A stretch of 63,521 nucleotides of DNA, filler included, from Syncephalis fuscata S228 (Eukaryota > Fungi > Zoopagomycota): assembly GCA_025786725.1 (NCBI GenBank). It is 4 parts of 4 records of this genome, joined end to end, with 100 filler letters (N's around TTAATTAATTAA, not from the genome) between each part and the next. Parts side by side here need not be neighbours in the genome. Positions count along the whole stretch, not along the records: positions 1 to 27,790 come from JAHLTZ010000102.1; 3 more parts are not named here. One strand, written 5' to 3'. The position numbers and the translations under genes are program-made. The stretch's first letter is position 1; each line of letters begins with the position of its first letter. The notes under the pieces are model-generated. The model was not told the DNA's origin. It did no database searches and saw only the letters and a program-made list of their open reading frames with translations. Below, one piece after another: positions 12,844 to 26,885 of the stretch.

Positions 12844-13740
12844 ATGGCTAATGAAACACCATTAATTATTCTTAATCAAATGTCATCGTTATCGGATAAA
12901 AATGCAACGGTTTCGCAGCCGACATTTGAAGTCCAAGAGCAATTTAACTCGACTGTAATAGTGAACGATTACAATCATGAGATGGATATAATTGAAGGCT
13001 ATCGGCAGACCGAAGAATCGACAGCCACTGAGACAGGTCACAAAGAAACTAATATGTCTACCTCGGCAGATTATGGTAACTATCTACAGTCGCTAGTCAG
13101 TCGTCAATATCCATATGCTACTACCGCATCAATAGCGCACTGGGATTCTTGGCACCTTGCAATTGATGACCATGCAGATAGGGTCTATTCTAGCAGGCAG
13201 CCATCGCATCATCCTTCAATGTCTTATTATGACTGTCAAGAGCCGAATGATATGCCTTCTTATGGGCCTTGTTTGACAACAAATTATGCGCAGTTTGATA
13301 CAATTAACTACAAAAGATCTCAATCAGCTGTTACAGCGCCAAATGCCATGATATCCTCGCCATATCTATCGACACCGCCACTAACGCCATGCTCGCCACA
13401 GCGTAACACTATATCTGTGCAACAAGCACAGTATTCAACACCTTATACTTCGCCGTCTTATGCCTCATCTACAACCATTGCTCCCCTTCCATTTCTAGGC
13501 ATTTCCAAGGCAGTATCGCCTCAACAGATAGAGGCCTCCAAGCCTGTAATGCTACCGCCTATCTACAATGACAATAGCGAGAGAAAAACCTCAAATCTCG
13601 AAGCTACCTATCATCCATGTTCCAGCTGCTTACCATCATTCTCAGTCTCAATTTGTTGTGTGTGTGCGATAGTCATACCAGTGCTGCTACTGTCAATCGC
13701 TCTTGTTGGTTTTTTTGTTGATTTTAGCTCTATCATTTAA
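12844..13740 (+). CDS. Hypothetical Ser/Pro/Tyr-rich protein with C-terminal Cys cluster and TM helix (tail-anchored-like)
   Basis: 298-aa ATG ORF with higher GC than flanks; ends HPCSSCLPSFSVSICCVCAIVIPVLLLSIALVGFFVDFSSII*. Confidence 0.6.
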   Translation: MANETPLIILNQMSSLSDKNATVSQPTFEVQEQFNSTVIVNDYNHEMDIIEGYRQTEESTATETGHKETNMSTSADYGNYLQSLVSRQYPYATTASIAHWDSWHLAIDDHADRVYSSRQPSHHPSMSYYDCQEPNDMPSYGPCLTTNYAQFDTINYKRSQSAVTAPNAMISSPYLSTPPLTPCSPQRNTISVQQAQYSTPYTSPSYASSTTIAPLPFLGISKAVSPQQIEASKPVMLPPIYNDNSERKTSNLEATYHPCSSCLPSFSVSICCVCAIVIPVLLLSIALVGFFVDFSSII

Positions 13741-15293
13741 ATACCGCTTATAGTAATAACCGTGTCTTTATTTGATGCATATACTATTTTGAACACATAG
13801 ATATTATATGGTACATTGTACGAATGAATTCACTAATAAAACTAATTATAATACATTTATCAATTGTATATGATATAAAAACTAGTAACATGCTATGCTT
13901 GTATATATATATATTGAACAAGCAAATGGACAATGGATGCAAATTTACATGCGTAAATATAGATTATTGACAAAATCAATTGTGTAATTATGCGCTGAAG
14001 CAAGCAGTTACCATATCACTTGATGTTTCGTGCAAAAAGACGAAAACAATGAGTAACAATGATAATATGCTGATGATGACGATGGTGATGAGAGTAAGGA
14101 TGATAATGGTGCTGATGATAGTAATAATAATGGTGATGAGAAATAAAAGGATGAATGATGATCGGTATGAGTGGATTATGGTAATAGACACCGCAAAGTT
14201 TGACATAGCCGTAATGGAGGCATAGAACGCAGCGCAAAATACAAAGGAAAATGGACATAAAGGTCGCTAATAAAATGCACACAAAACATCACACAAATAA
14301 CAAACAACAGACAAACAAACAGACAAATAACTTTACAAATAAACAAGTGCTAGATGCATAGACAAACAAATAAGCGTGCAAAAATAACTATTAGCTTGTC
14401 AATAACTATATCGGCCAATAGTCGTAGCACTAGCATTTGTGTTACTTGTAAATCGTCGTATCCAGTGTAATTAATCGGAAAGCTTGGTACTTTAAAATGC
14501 TCAACATCGTAATTGTCGTAACGCTTGCAAATAAAAAAGCGTGTGGATGCCTTAAAAAGCAACTGATAACTACAATGATAGACAGATGGTATTACTGTAC
14601 ATCTGGCACAATATACAGTCTAATAGTAAATTAAACTGCTATCGACCAGATGAACAACAATTATTTGCCCAGTCAATAAAGAACAGATTGGATGCTAGTA
14701 ATAGACGAGAAAAACGTGAATGCTGCGCGTCAAAAATAAACGCGTTAACTTGTAAAAGGAAAGTGGTGATATAAGCGTGGATGTGTGCAAGGGGTAAAAC
14801 AAAGCGCGAATAGAAAAGTGCAGCCATTGCTCAAGCACTGACGTGGCTTGTGGATATGCGTGTGTTGAGATGGAAAGATGGACGAAGGAAGAAAGAGAGG
14901 TAGAGAGAGAGAGAGAGAGAGGTAGAATAAAAGATAAAAAAGGTTGAAATGGATGGCGATAAAGTGGGATAAAGGAATAAGAGAAAGTAGAGAGGTGAGA
15001 GTATTTGAAAGCAATGACTAGCATTTACCAATGTTGTTTTTATGCTGATATAATTGAAAGACAAAAAACAGGTCATTCCAACTGCTTAGTAACTTCGTTA
15101 TGCAGATTTATATCAATATCTGTTAACGTAGATTTAGAAAGAAGAAAGAAAATGAAAAGAAGAGTTATGTTTAAAGAGTATATATATATATGCTACAAAT
15201 GAAATGAAGAATAGTACGCGAGAGTCAACGCGTTAAAAAGAAATGGTGCCATAACTTTGGCTGAGTCATAGGGAAAATAGTAGGAGAAGAAAT

Positions 15294-18030
15294 TTACGAC
15301 CGGATTGGCTGGTTTGCCGTCGGAGGAGCAGTTGACAGGTTTATCGATAGAGTGGATCGCATCGATGATGCTGAACTAGCAGAAAGAGAAAGCTCACGAT
15401 GAGTATGATCGTGGCTATACTCGCGGTCGGTGTAATTACGGTGTGAATAGGTAGCATCTTCACAAGGCTCTTCGGCAAACTCACTACTATCGCAGCTATG
15501 CATATCGCTATAAGCATCGGCTGTCATTGTGTGTTGCATGCTATCAGGCTGTGGCGATGGCGAATGATCCGATGTATTCATATCGACATCGCTGTTGTCG
15601 GTTGTGGTAGCAGTGCCGGCAGTGTCGCGACGACCCGTCAGATTGGTAATTTTGGTGTCGGTAGTAGCCTGTTCTGATGCAGCAAAACGTGATCGACGGC
15701 GCTGTTGTGCTACGCGTTGTGCTTCCGTTTGTGGGCGACCTTTTTTGGCCGTGACACTAAATTGGCGATTGATGAGCACACGTAAAGTAAAATGAAGGAA
15801 GGAAAAAAACGCTTATGGCGGTACAAACAATGGCCAATCATAGGCCATCAAGTAATAATTGACTTACCGATTGCCATTGTATTTTGGGTCATCACGAACG
15901 ATGGCTTCGACGTTGGCCAGCAAATAAGAGCCGTCTTTTGGGTGAATGCCAATATAGGAGTAGCTATAAACGATAATTAAGAATAAACGGCATGTTGATT
16001 TATAATGGTTAGTAACTAGAATGGTATTATAGTAAGTGATGATAGTAACTTACGTTGACATGCGTCGTTGGCCAAGTCGACGTGATCGAATGCCAGGAAA
16101 AGTGCTTACAACAAGACGGCCAAAGTTGGCCAAATCAAGTAGTTCGCCCTCTGGATCAACACGTTCTGCGTATTGAATGTAGTACTGATGTAGTGTACGG
16201 CGTTGAATAGAAAAACGAGGTGGTGCTGGCTCAAAGTTATCGAGTAGCCTATCAGATGTAGATATATATCGTTAATAAAAACAAATGCTATGCTTAGCAA
16301 ACTTACCATTTGCGCCCAGTATCTCGTTTACGTGCCAGCTCGTCGTGACGTGGATGTGCACGTCGCATCATTGAAGATTCATGGAAGTTTGAAAAGTTTT
16401 GCGATGCAGCAGCCATGCCATTAAAGTGAGAGGCTGGCATAGGTGCATTACTGATATCTAGTACATCATTGGCATGAATAGCGCCACTAAACGACGAATG
16501 GCCACGAGAAGAGTGCATGTTGTCGGCAAATTCATGCTTGATCGCATGATGTACCAGCGTAGAACGATGTGCAGTACCACTTTGCTTGTATGCCATTGTT
16601 TCCGACACTATAGAATGATATCATAAGGTTGGTTAGTCGTTATTGTTGTTAACAAAAAACAATCGCTTCATTGTATGCTATATTTTAGCACACAATGCTA
16701 ACAAAGACTTACCATGGCTACCGTGGCTTGTGGGTATTTGATGCGAACGCTGTTGCTGAATAGACGTGGTCGAAGAAGTGTGGCCTTGGCATACACTATC
16801 GTAATGAACATCGGCAGGCGGTGTCACCTGGCTATACACAGGTGGGTCGCGTTGCTGGTAACGCTTCACGGCATCCTGTTGATAGCCAGCTGGTGTATGG
16901 CGGGCATAGGACGAGCTATAACGGTAGTCGTTATAGTCATGCACTCGACCCTCTTTATTATAGCAGGACGACAAGTGATCAAATGACTGTACAGATGGCA
17001 AGCCAGCAATCGGTTTACTATCATGTCGCAATGACGGTAAATGTGGCGCCGATTGATGATGGTAAAGCGATGGCAAAACGGTCTTTGTTTTTGGTAGGCC
17101 ATTATTCAATGTGTTTGCTTTGGAAAGTCCATGAGAAAACTCGATTGAATGCTGTTCGGGGTAGAAACGATGGCCAACCGGTGCTGGTTGTCTATAGGAT
17201 AGTGGACGAGCGTATTCGTCACTTCTTTCTGTGTGAGCGAATTGGTTTGAATAGGATGTGCTATCGGCGGAGGTATAGGAAGAGGTGGCGGTGGCGGCAG
17301 CAGCATGCTCATACATATCGGTAGTGCTCGGTGAAATACGCTGGGGGTTTAATGGAACGGAGTGGTGCGCAGCGTGTTTCGTGTAGTGAACACTATCGGT
17401 AAAAGATGGCCGTTGCTGTTGCTGCTGTAGCAAATGATGCTGCATTTCAAACGATCGTGGCGGAGTCGTTTGGCCGAATCGAAGCATAGTCGAGTGCTGT
17501 TCTTTTGGGTAGGCAAGTACTCGATCCCTAGCCATCATCGCCTGTTTATTAACTTCACGGCGATCATTATAGTTATCAGGGGATAGCGGAGTAATGAGTG
17601 GGCGATTATGAACAAATCCGCCATTTTTTGAAGGTAAAGGCGATAGTAATTCGGATATCTTTGTAGGTGAACGTGTATCATTGCTGTGCTCGCTTTGATG
17701 TCTAGCCGAGATGAGTGCTGGGTGCTGATGACTTGAGGGTACATGGCCAGAAGAAGGCTTTGGACCATTGCTATACAATGCTGCAGGGGTCGAATAACTT
17801 GTGGGCTGATAGTTTGACACCGAGTCACTTGTACTGCCATTTTCTGGGTGAGAAATTAAGAACGGTAGAGGTGGCAGGCCGGCCTGTGTATGCTGACTAT
17901 CGCCTGAGCCAATTGTTCTAGGCGCAGTTGAATGGTGTTCGGCGGAACGATGAGCAATGGCATTCGAATGCTGATTGGAAGGTAGCCAGGACTTGGCACT
18001 CTCCGCAGTTTGACTATGGGTGGCATGCAT
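15294..18030 (-). CDS. RFX-family winged-helix transcription factor
   Basis: Five exons (about 18030-16712, 16607-16306, 16248-16054, 15963-15868, 15756-15294). Spliced translation gives KWLLDNFEPAPPRFSIQRRTLHQYY..LANFGRLVVSTFPGIRSRRLGQRRMSTYSYIGIHPK, matching the RFX DNA-binding domain (WL..N.E..FGKLIR..F.G..TRRLG.RG.SKYHY.GI). Confidence 0.88.
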
Positions 18031-20039
18031 CTGAATGTAGTCAAACAAGTTTTAGCACGTTATTTACGGCGAACTTTACCGTGGATTACTGACCTTGAAA
18101 CAGATTGACTAATACTATTAGTTACTAAATTGCCAGAAACCGGAACTAGCAGTGAGGATACGCGTGGATGAGGATGAAAAGGGAATGCAGAGCTAGCTGA
18201 TCTACTGTGCAATACGGATAGATTGACAAAAACAAGAGATTGTTTTTGAAAACTATGGATTGAATTGTAACGTCTGCCTATAAGATAAATAGATGTAGTT
18301 GATTAGTATAATGTGCTATATACAAAGGGATGGTTCAATGATGTGAGTATAAACATAATAGCTTAAATGCCATTATTACAAAGAGACTAATCTAATTAAA
18401 CCAACCATTGAAATAGACTCAAGTGTGTCGGCACACATGCATGTAAAGATCAGTGGCGGGGAAAGGTAAGGCATGGTCAAAGCGCAATTAGCAAATCCAG
18501 CCAGCATATGCATGCAGATGATGCAACATAGGCATGGGCAGTGCTAGGCTAATAGATACATGATGGCATCAACTGGCTACTTACAATTAAAAAATCAGTC
18601 GCAAAAGCAGATTAAAGTGTATGACCACGCAGGAAAGCAGATAAGTGTTGCGAATAATGAGGTGCGGATAGGTTATTTGGTATGCTATATAAGTGTTGGT
18701 TGATTAGTTATAGCTTTGTGTAAACGATGAAACAAGGCAACCAAAAAGCATAATGAGGGAGGAATACAAAGTCTGAACACAAAGATAGCAAATAAATAGA
18801 CTGAGGCGCGTAATTGTGCGTCAGAATAAGGAAACAAGCCAGTAATTATGATCGAGACAATTGAAATAAACATGCAGCGAATGTACGCGGATGTCAACAA
18901 AAGTGTAATCTACTCAAATTAAGTGGCATTGAAAATAGTAGTAAGAACAATAACCGCAACAGTAATAGCAATGCTAAGGCTAACGCACTATGGTCATGAA
19001 AAACCAACAAAACAGGTATTAATAGAGCAAAATAAATGAATTAGTGTAAAAAACTAAAACAACACCCGAAAAGCATATAAACTTGGCTCTGATACGGCAG
19101 CAACCAAGGCGGGAAATAATTACGCATTAAACGAGCGGCTCGTTAGATGACCACGCGGCATATAGAACCGTGGAGTACAAAAATAATTACAGGGCGGTAA
19201 GGGGCAAAGGCATACATGTCAAAATGAAAAGGAGACGGTTTGAAATCGTCGTGTCTGGTAAAATTCTAACACGTTTAGTCTAATGCCGGTCGGTTCTGCA
19301 TCAGCTAATAATAACGATGAAACAAGCAGGATTTCTTATTATATTGACCATCTGAGATCAATAATTGCTTGGTAAAAGTTTAGGCTTGCCCAATAAAGCA
19401 ATATAGACACGAACGGATTAGACTACCACGATGAGTAGTTTCAAGTTTCAAGGCTCGGGAGTTCAAATAGATTCAAGGTAACTGACAGTATAATTAGGGG
19501 CAGTCTGCGGGAATGGTCGAATAAACGATGATAGGTGTTCTTATTTCTTAATCATCACGAAACAGGTCACAGAAGTGTCAATGCCCAATGTGTCCTGGCA
19601 ACAAAGTATAGACCAGAAATACGGTGAAATACTGAACCGTTTAACATCAACACGAACGAGGAAAAGGGGATTATCACGTAAGCTGATTTGATGAGCATGC
19701 AAACATAATGCTTAAAGTTACAGCATTTTGCAATTAAATAATAATATTGTTACCGAAAACAAACATTTGATGTCAACATATTGTTTGAATTGCTGGCTAA
19801 TAAAAAACTAAAATTACATAGCCATCAAACTAATTACTAATTATCCTAATGGATTGTAATAATAATGAACATTACACCATATAATGTGTGATATACGCGT
19901 ACATAAAATAAACAGATGGAAGTAAAGATTGCTTATAGCATTAATAACGTAATACTTACTTGTAATGTGCTGATTCAGAAGGGGTGTTTAACTAGCTTGC
20001 AAAAGAACAAATAAAAGAAAAGCAGAAGCAGCAATAGTA

Positions 20040-20170
20040 GTAGCGGCAGCAAAACAATAACAATGACGAAAACAGCAACAACAACAATAACAATAGTCGC
20101 AATAATAACAATGACGACAACAACAACAATAGTCGCAATAATAACAATGACGGCAACAACAACAACAATG
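20040..20170. repeat. AAC/AAT-rich minisatellite (caatagtcgcaataataacaatgacg units)
   Basis: Direct repeats visible in the sequence. Confidence 0.7.
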
Positions 20171-23100
20171 GCTAGTTGCAAAAAAAACACCTAATTATAA
20201 TGAAACAAATAAACATCAAACACGTACACGGCTTATCGTTAGTAAATTCTAGATTAACCATCAAATAGCAGCGTAAAAATAAAGTGCATCGCTAAACTGT
20301 GGACCATTTAAACTAAGGTGTTAACAATAAAATACCTACTAGTTGGTTTCCAATATAAATAAAATGTTTAAAGGCAAACAAGCAAAGGACTATAATAACA
20401 AACTATAATGAAGAGAAAAGATGGAATGCAATTTGACGATTAGATTTGCTAGTCAATTGCCTCTTATAGATCTTAACAGAGAATAGCTCAAAAAGCGGAC
20501 CTTTTTACACTCGCATTTCAAGTAGCAACATGACAAAAAGGTGTCGTAATATGAATGGACAAGTAAGTATGTGCGATAGTGAGAGTGAGAGTGAAAGGCG
20601 TGCTGCTTGGTCACATTGTCAGAATCCCCGAAATTGGTTGACATGTGTGATCGGACGGGCAAGTCAAGCTTAGGCATGGTTGTACAAATAGGCATGTGGA
20701 CCATGTTCTGTGTGACCATGCAATTGCAAGCAAGACGATCGATATAACAAGTTCTATATTAGTATAGACATACTAGTGAGAACCTTGGAAAAGCTTTGTC
20801 TAGTGTCTAGACACCATGCGGAATCGAAACTAAGCCATCGGCCTTTCATCCGGTTCCACTTGTATCTAATGCTTGATGTTCAAAGCTTTAGCTAAAAATG
20901 GAATGGTTCCTGAAACCAATAGAAAAGTCGACAGCCGGGACAACTACTGAATTGAGTGATAGCCCATATCTCTGGACCGTACACACCTCTCGCTCACTCG
21001 CGCCATCTTTAGAGGCATGCGTTTGAAATAGAAGAACGTCATTTCATAAGCTGAAAAGGAGAATTACAGACCAAATGCAACGTGCATTAAATGTGGTCTA
21101 TTCTCGCCTTTGTCAAAATTCCCATACACTCACAGAACAAGCAGCAGGCAATTGGACATGCGCACTAAAATGTTGCTGAGCATGTGGAGGCAATTTGCAC
21201 AGCAATGACAAATTCATGCGCGCATTGTGGCAAAGATAAGTGTGCAAACTATTCCAGTTGTACAACTTGGCAATTAGAGTAGCGTTATGGGAGCAAAAAT
21301 GGCAATTCAATCTGCCACACCAACGCTAGAGTGAGAAAGACCGAGGGAAGCGTGAACATTGCAATGCACATGTTTCACCAAGCATGTTTGCTATCTAGCA
21401 ACACGCGCTGACAAGTAAGCCTGCAAAGCCAAGCATATGACTTTTTTTTTGCTAATGGAATAAACAGCGTTGTTTGGTTGGCAAAGAGCGCATTAAACGC
21501 AAGGAAAAAGGTATCTGATCTGAGCGTTGTAGTCTCAATGGCACATGAACTGCATAGCGCTATGCATTCGGACAGCGTTTTACCGCTGTGCATTCGGACA
21601 CCGTTTTACCGCTGTATGCGCGCACGCAAGCACAGTAGATGGCGTGTGAGCTAGTATAGCCCATCCAAAAATAGTACTTTCGAACATGGAGTATACATGT
21701 TTCGGTGAGGCGGATTGTAAAGCAGTACTACAAGTTATCAAAGTGCAAAAATGCACATTAACTACTACTGCTAACACTAATAGAGCGCTTATAGCTACTA
21801 TTACAGTTAGTAATACGGATGTTATTGTATCACTTTTTTGCAATAAACAATAACAAACTATATTAATATTACAAACAGTTTGCTCAAAGTGTATAGAGCA
21901 TAATAAACCACTTTTAAGATTAAAATACCAAAATTCAATACGCCAAGCGGCAGATAGTTTCAAGATGTACCTACTTGTAAAATACCAAAACAATAGTGAT
22001 TAAATAACTATTCAATAGCGGTAAACAATAAAAAACTAGATGACAAAAGCTGCAAACTATGATGGCCAGCGTTGCAAGCCGGAGAGTAATAAAGTAGAAT
22101 AACAAAAATGTTAGTGACTGGAGGTGTTGATGGTAAGGAAAGTATTCGGAGAAGATAAATAAGTGCTGTAGATAAAAGAGGAAAACACGGAGATGTGTTG
22201 TTATAGGGAGCGGTGTGCGGAAATGAAGAAACGAGCACAAGGGGTGTACGTACGCACCGGAAATACACACACACACACCAAAGATGTGAGTCGAACGAAC
22301 TTCAAGTAAGTATATTAGGAAGAAGATGGAGGAATACCCAGCAGCGTGAATTCAATGCTAGAACTGGACGTAGTAAGGCGGTCAAATCGGACCGCAAGAT
22401 ATATCAACGAACGAGGTAAGCAGATGGGTACACAAAAAGGCCGTTACATTCACTGGCGGCTCTACTTGCCTATGAGAGCACGGGCAAGGAAATTGTCACA
22501 CCAGCAACTTATCGCTGCAGGTGATAATCAGAGCTTGATGAAAATACAGGAAATCTGGACTCTTCCATAACTCAAGCATTCAAGTCCAGATTAATGTAAG
22601 CATAAAGTTTCCGAGAGCACAGAACCAAAAAGCCAAGACATGCATATTTCAAACATAAACAGCCATTTTGTGAATACAAATAAAAGTTACCATGAGATGT
22701 ATCGCGCAAGAGAAAAAGATATTACGCGTGATATGCAAATAAGGCAATTTTATCATTATCTCCGGCAAATTTAGTAATTCACTTTGTTGTTGCAATTGCC
22801 ATTAAACAGACAAAAAAACTGATATACATTACAAAAGATAAGAAACAAAAAGTATGCACGTGCCTAGATCACACGTGTTAGAAACTACGGGGCTGGGTGT
22901 ATTGAAAGCGAGAGTGGAAAGCTGGAGTATCGAAAGAATGACAAAAAGAAGCATAAAAGTCAATACTTTGATAAACCGAAAAAGGAAACCGAATTATTGG
23001 CGTAATCCTAATGTATATAGGTAAACCAGCATCACCGTAACCAACAATTCAAGTGTGGTTTATTGGTGCTATGCAAGATAATTCCGGCCTCGTCCCGTCT

Positions 23101-26100
23101 CTAGCTCAAGACGCGTAGGTATCAGACTTATGTGACTGCCGACTAATAACAAACTAACGAAGAAATAAGGTAAATGGCCAAGAATACACCGTTTTAATGC
23201 ACGATTGGCAAAACACAGATATGGGTGGAGATGCAAATATCCGTCTAGTAGAATTTACTGCCAAAACAGATATGAGCCCATTAGATTATCAAGCAACCTG
23301 GCACGATGTACTCGTTTATAGTTATCTTTGATCCTAGGGGTTTAAATACCGATAAATCACGCATATGTGTTTTATGCTCTGCCTAGATTAGGCGTATAAC
23401 AACAAGTACAGCATCATTGCATTAAACTGCATGGGATGCTGAGGCACGTTTAAGGAAAACCAAATGAGTAATCAGTATTCATGCCTGTGTGATGGTGAAG
23501 CGTTGTACTGAAACAAAAAAGGCTTAGAAAGATTACGGCCATTGATGCAATTGATGCGCGCGCACACACACACACACATATACACACATACACACATACA
23601 CGCATACACACATACGGCGAACAGAAACTGTTCAGTGTTATCTTAATGAAACTCAAGTAGGACACGGCTAATTATAGCAGCTAGCCATGCCATCTCACTG
23701 ACCATTCATCCATTAACACACAGCTCTGGTAATGTAATACGATTCTCATGTGACTAATATTATATTTCATTACACAATTGACCCACAAAATAGGCAAACG
23801 ACAGTACACAGGCCGCAGACCTCGCGTTGAAACACATGTAGACACCAACCGCCCGATGTAGGTCGTGGCAAGCACCATAAACTATTTCAAAAATCCTTAA
23901 ACGTTTCTACGACACAAATGGTAGCTAGTAGCAGCTGTAGTAACTTACCAAATATTGTCGGGCTATCCAGGTGGATATCAGCAGCTATATGAACGAAAAC
24001 AATGGTCAGTATTTGGTACCATAAAGAATGGCCGAGCAAAGGCTCAATGGTTTATGTCGCTCAGAAAAGCGTAGCTGGCAAGTAAATTGGAGCAATTTAA
24101 CAATAATCAATGGTGTGCTTTGTAATTCAAGTGGCTAGAAATAAAGCTAAACCATGCAGTTCTACGTAAAAAAGAGTGTAATTTAAGCGAATTTAAAGTT
24201 TAAGGCTCAAAGGAGATTGGATAAAATGTAATACTAAGTGGCAAGTGTATGAATGTGCTGTAAGATACAAATATAATAACGGCGTTATTTAAGTAGCCTT
24301 GACTAAACAGTTACTTTGCCAGGTGCTACTCGCAACCTCCGTTGACTCTGTATTCAAACACACGTGTATATAACAATGGTGTAATAGTGGTGGTGGTGGT
24401 GGTGGTTATGGTGGCAGTGGCTGGATAGAGAGGGGAAAGAGGGGAAGAAAAGAAGAGAAAGGACTCAATAGGTGAATTAACAGGTATGAGGAGGGAACGA
24501 AAGAGAGGAGAGTAAGAGTGATAAGCGCTGGAAAGGAATAAACATAAAGAATAGAGCTGACGAAGCGAAAAAGAGTAGAACAAAGTGGAAAGAAGTCAGC
24601 TATTAATGTGGGGACGTGCACCGCCCCTTGTAATCGGAAGTTGCAGTGAAATAGTATTGCCAATGCCTAGCTGGCTATGGAAAAGATGTGGTTGACAATG
24701 TGGGCTGTTGTCTTCGCAAACGAACTGTACAACAAAACGACATGACAGCCTGACGCTCGTCTAAGTACCTGTGCATCATCCCACTTGACTGCCAACATCG
24801 TGGGATTGATCTGTGTGAATACCCACCGTTACATACATACATATGAAGAAACACGAAGACCGACGCAAGACGCACGTGCATTCGCAAAGGTAGGATGCTT
24901 ACCCGGAGTGAACTGTACAACGTCTGATGAAGGTGGCAGTAGATCGAGAGGGATGTTGAAAGGAAGGAAACAGGAGAAGGACTAATGTATATGATAAAAC
25001 TATACGGGTACCTACATCCGAGGACATGCAGTGTTTATTAATTGTCATAGGCAATAGCATTGGCCGAATTGAATGACGGTAAAGTGACTGGCTACTATTG
25101 CGTGAACACTGGTCGCAATCATAAGGCAGTTTTACAGCCTGCAAAAATAACGACACAACTTAGTCAGGTTATCCATTTCGAGTACCCGTAGGTATTGGAA
25201 CAACACGTGTCAGCATGGAGAAGCTGAGGTGAGATTTAATGTAAAACAAAGTCGATGAATATCTGATGAGAAATTCTTTATTTTGGAAGTGTCGATCAAC
25301 AACAGCCACTGTCCGTTTGCACGGTAATGTAAACAATGAAGCTGGCCAGCATATCTCCTGTACCATACTCATAAAATGCAATCATTTATGGTTACTTACT
25401 TGTTTAAACAAGTAAATGAACGAAAGCAGACATAGGCTGTAATACTGATGGGTTGGCGACAAACAATGAGACACCACACATACACATACACATACACACA
25501 CGCACACACACATCGGAAGCGGTAGAGAAAATAGCTTGTTTAACCACGCGCATTGAAGACAAGTTGGTAACCTGTAAGTTAATATGCAGAGGCCTCAGAA
25601 TTCACGGCTTCTCTATCGGTCTGTATCCTTTTCGGCTTATTGAGTCTTTTGACAAAAGCATGTCAGCTGGAACTTGTAGCCAAGACCAAACTTAGCAATG
25701 GATAGTCTAGGACTGCTATAATAGATAAGCAAAATTAAAAAGTAAACCGCCAATGTCTTATCATCATCGTCACACTGGTGATTGATTTTGGTAAAAATGT
25801 TATAACCTATAGCGATGCTGATGATCGTAAGGCATGTGTATACGCACACCACCCATTCATAATTTAATGTCTAGCCACAAACCAAATTTACCGATAAGTA
25901 CACTGAATGAATGGCGAGCAATCTAAGTTTGTTCGTTAGCAAGATCAAACAGAAATGGATAAATCTGCATGCAAACACACGAGTATGGCGCGTGCACTTG
26001 CACATGAAATTGGAGACCTACTACGCCGCAGCCGTGCCCATTGCCTAGCTCAATGGTTGGCTTTTTAAATTACGCGCCCTACTGTTCTTGCACCGAGCGT

Positions 26101-26814
26101 TTATGTACTGCCCATGACATATTAAAAGGGAAACATTTTTATGGTTTTGGCATGATGCATATAAAAGTCTAGACAACTTTTCCCATTTTCTGACTAACGG
26201 CTAAACCGTTCAGCAGTTGTCATTGTTGTTGCCGTTTTTGTTTTCCTTGCCATGCAATCATTGAATCGCATTTGCATTATAGCCATTAGAACAGACAAGC
26301 TTGCAGTTATCTTTTGCAAGTACCCGTTTGATTAAGCGTAACCGGTTCTTCAGGTACATAGTATTTGGCAGTGACCGGCGCTAATAGCTAGTCGGTCCGA
26401 TGCAATGTCTGTGCGAAGCATGCTTTTTAACATCACAGCTGATGGATGTTGGCAGTAACGGGATTTTGTCTAAACGAATTCTTACATCATAAATTGTTTT
26501 GCAAACGCGCAGCGATTTGCAGGCCATGGTATTGGCATTGCCAACCATTTTTTTATTTAGTCTTAAACCGTTTAGCCGATGCCAATTATTTGAGGCGCTT
26601 TCAAAAATTATATAAGCATTTAGTTATGCAATATTATTACTACTATTAATATTGCTACTATTACACCAGTAAAGACAATGACAGCGGTGTAATAAACATT
26701 AAATGTTTTTACGTGTTTTTAGCAAGCATTGCGGCAATTGTAGTATGAATATCACACACTGCAGATTCATACTCGAGATGCCATACGGTATCATTGCAAC
26801 TGTGTGTGTATGTG

Positions 26815-26885
26815 TGTATGTGTCTATGTGTCTATGTGTCTATGTGTCTATGTGTCTATGTGTCTATGTGTCTATGTGTCTATAT
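26815..26885. repeat. (TATGTGTC)n octanucleotide microsatellite
   Basis: About 8 tandem copies. Confidence 0.9.

Noticed and set aside
13980-15202. Multiple short ORFs (Met/Ile/His-rich)
   Set aside because: Products of ATG/ATA and GA microsatellites in the 3' region of the RFX gene; no domains.
19585-19605. RFX X-box autoregulatory site (CCTGGCAAC)
   Set aside because: Only a half-site; expected by chance in about 10 kb.
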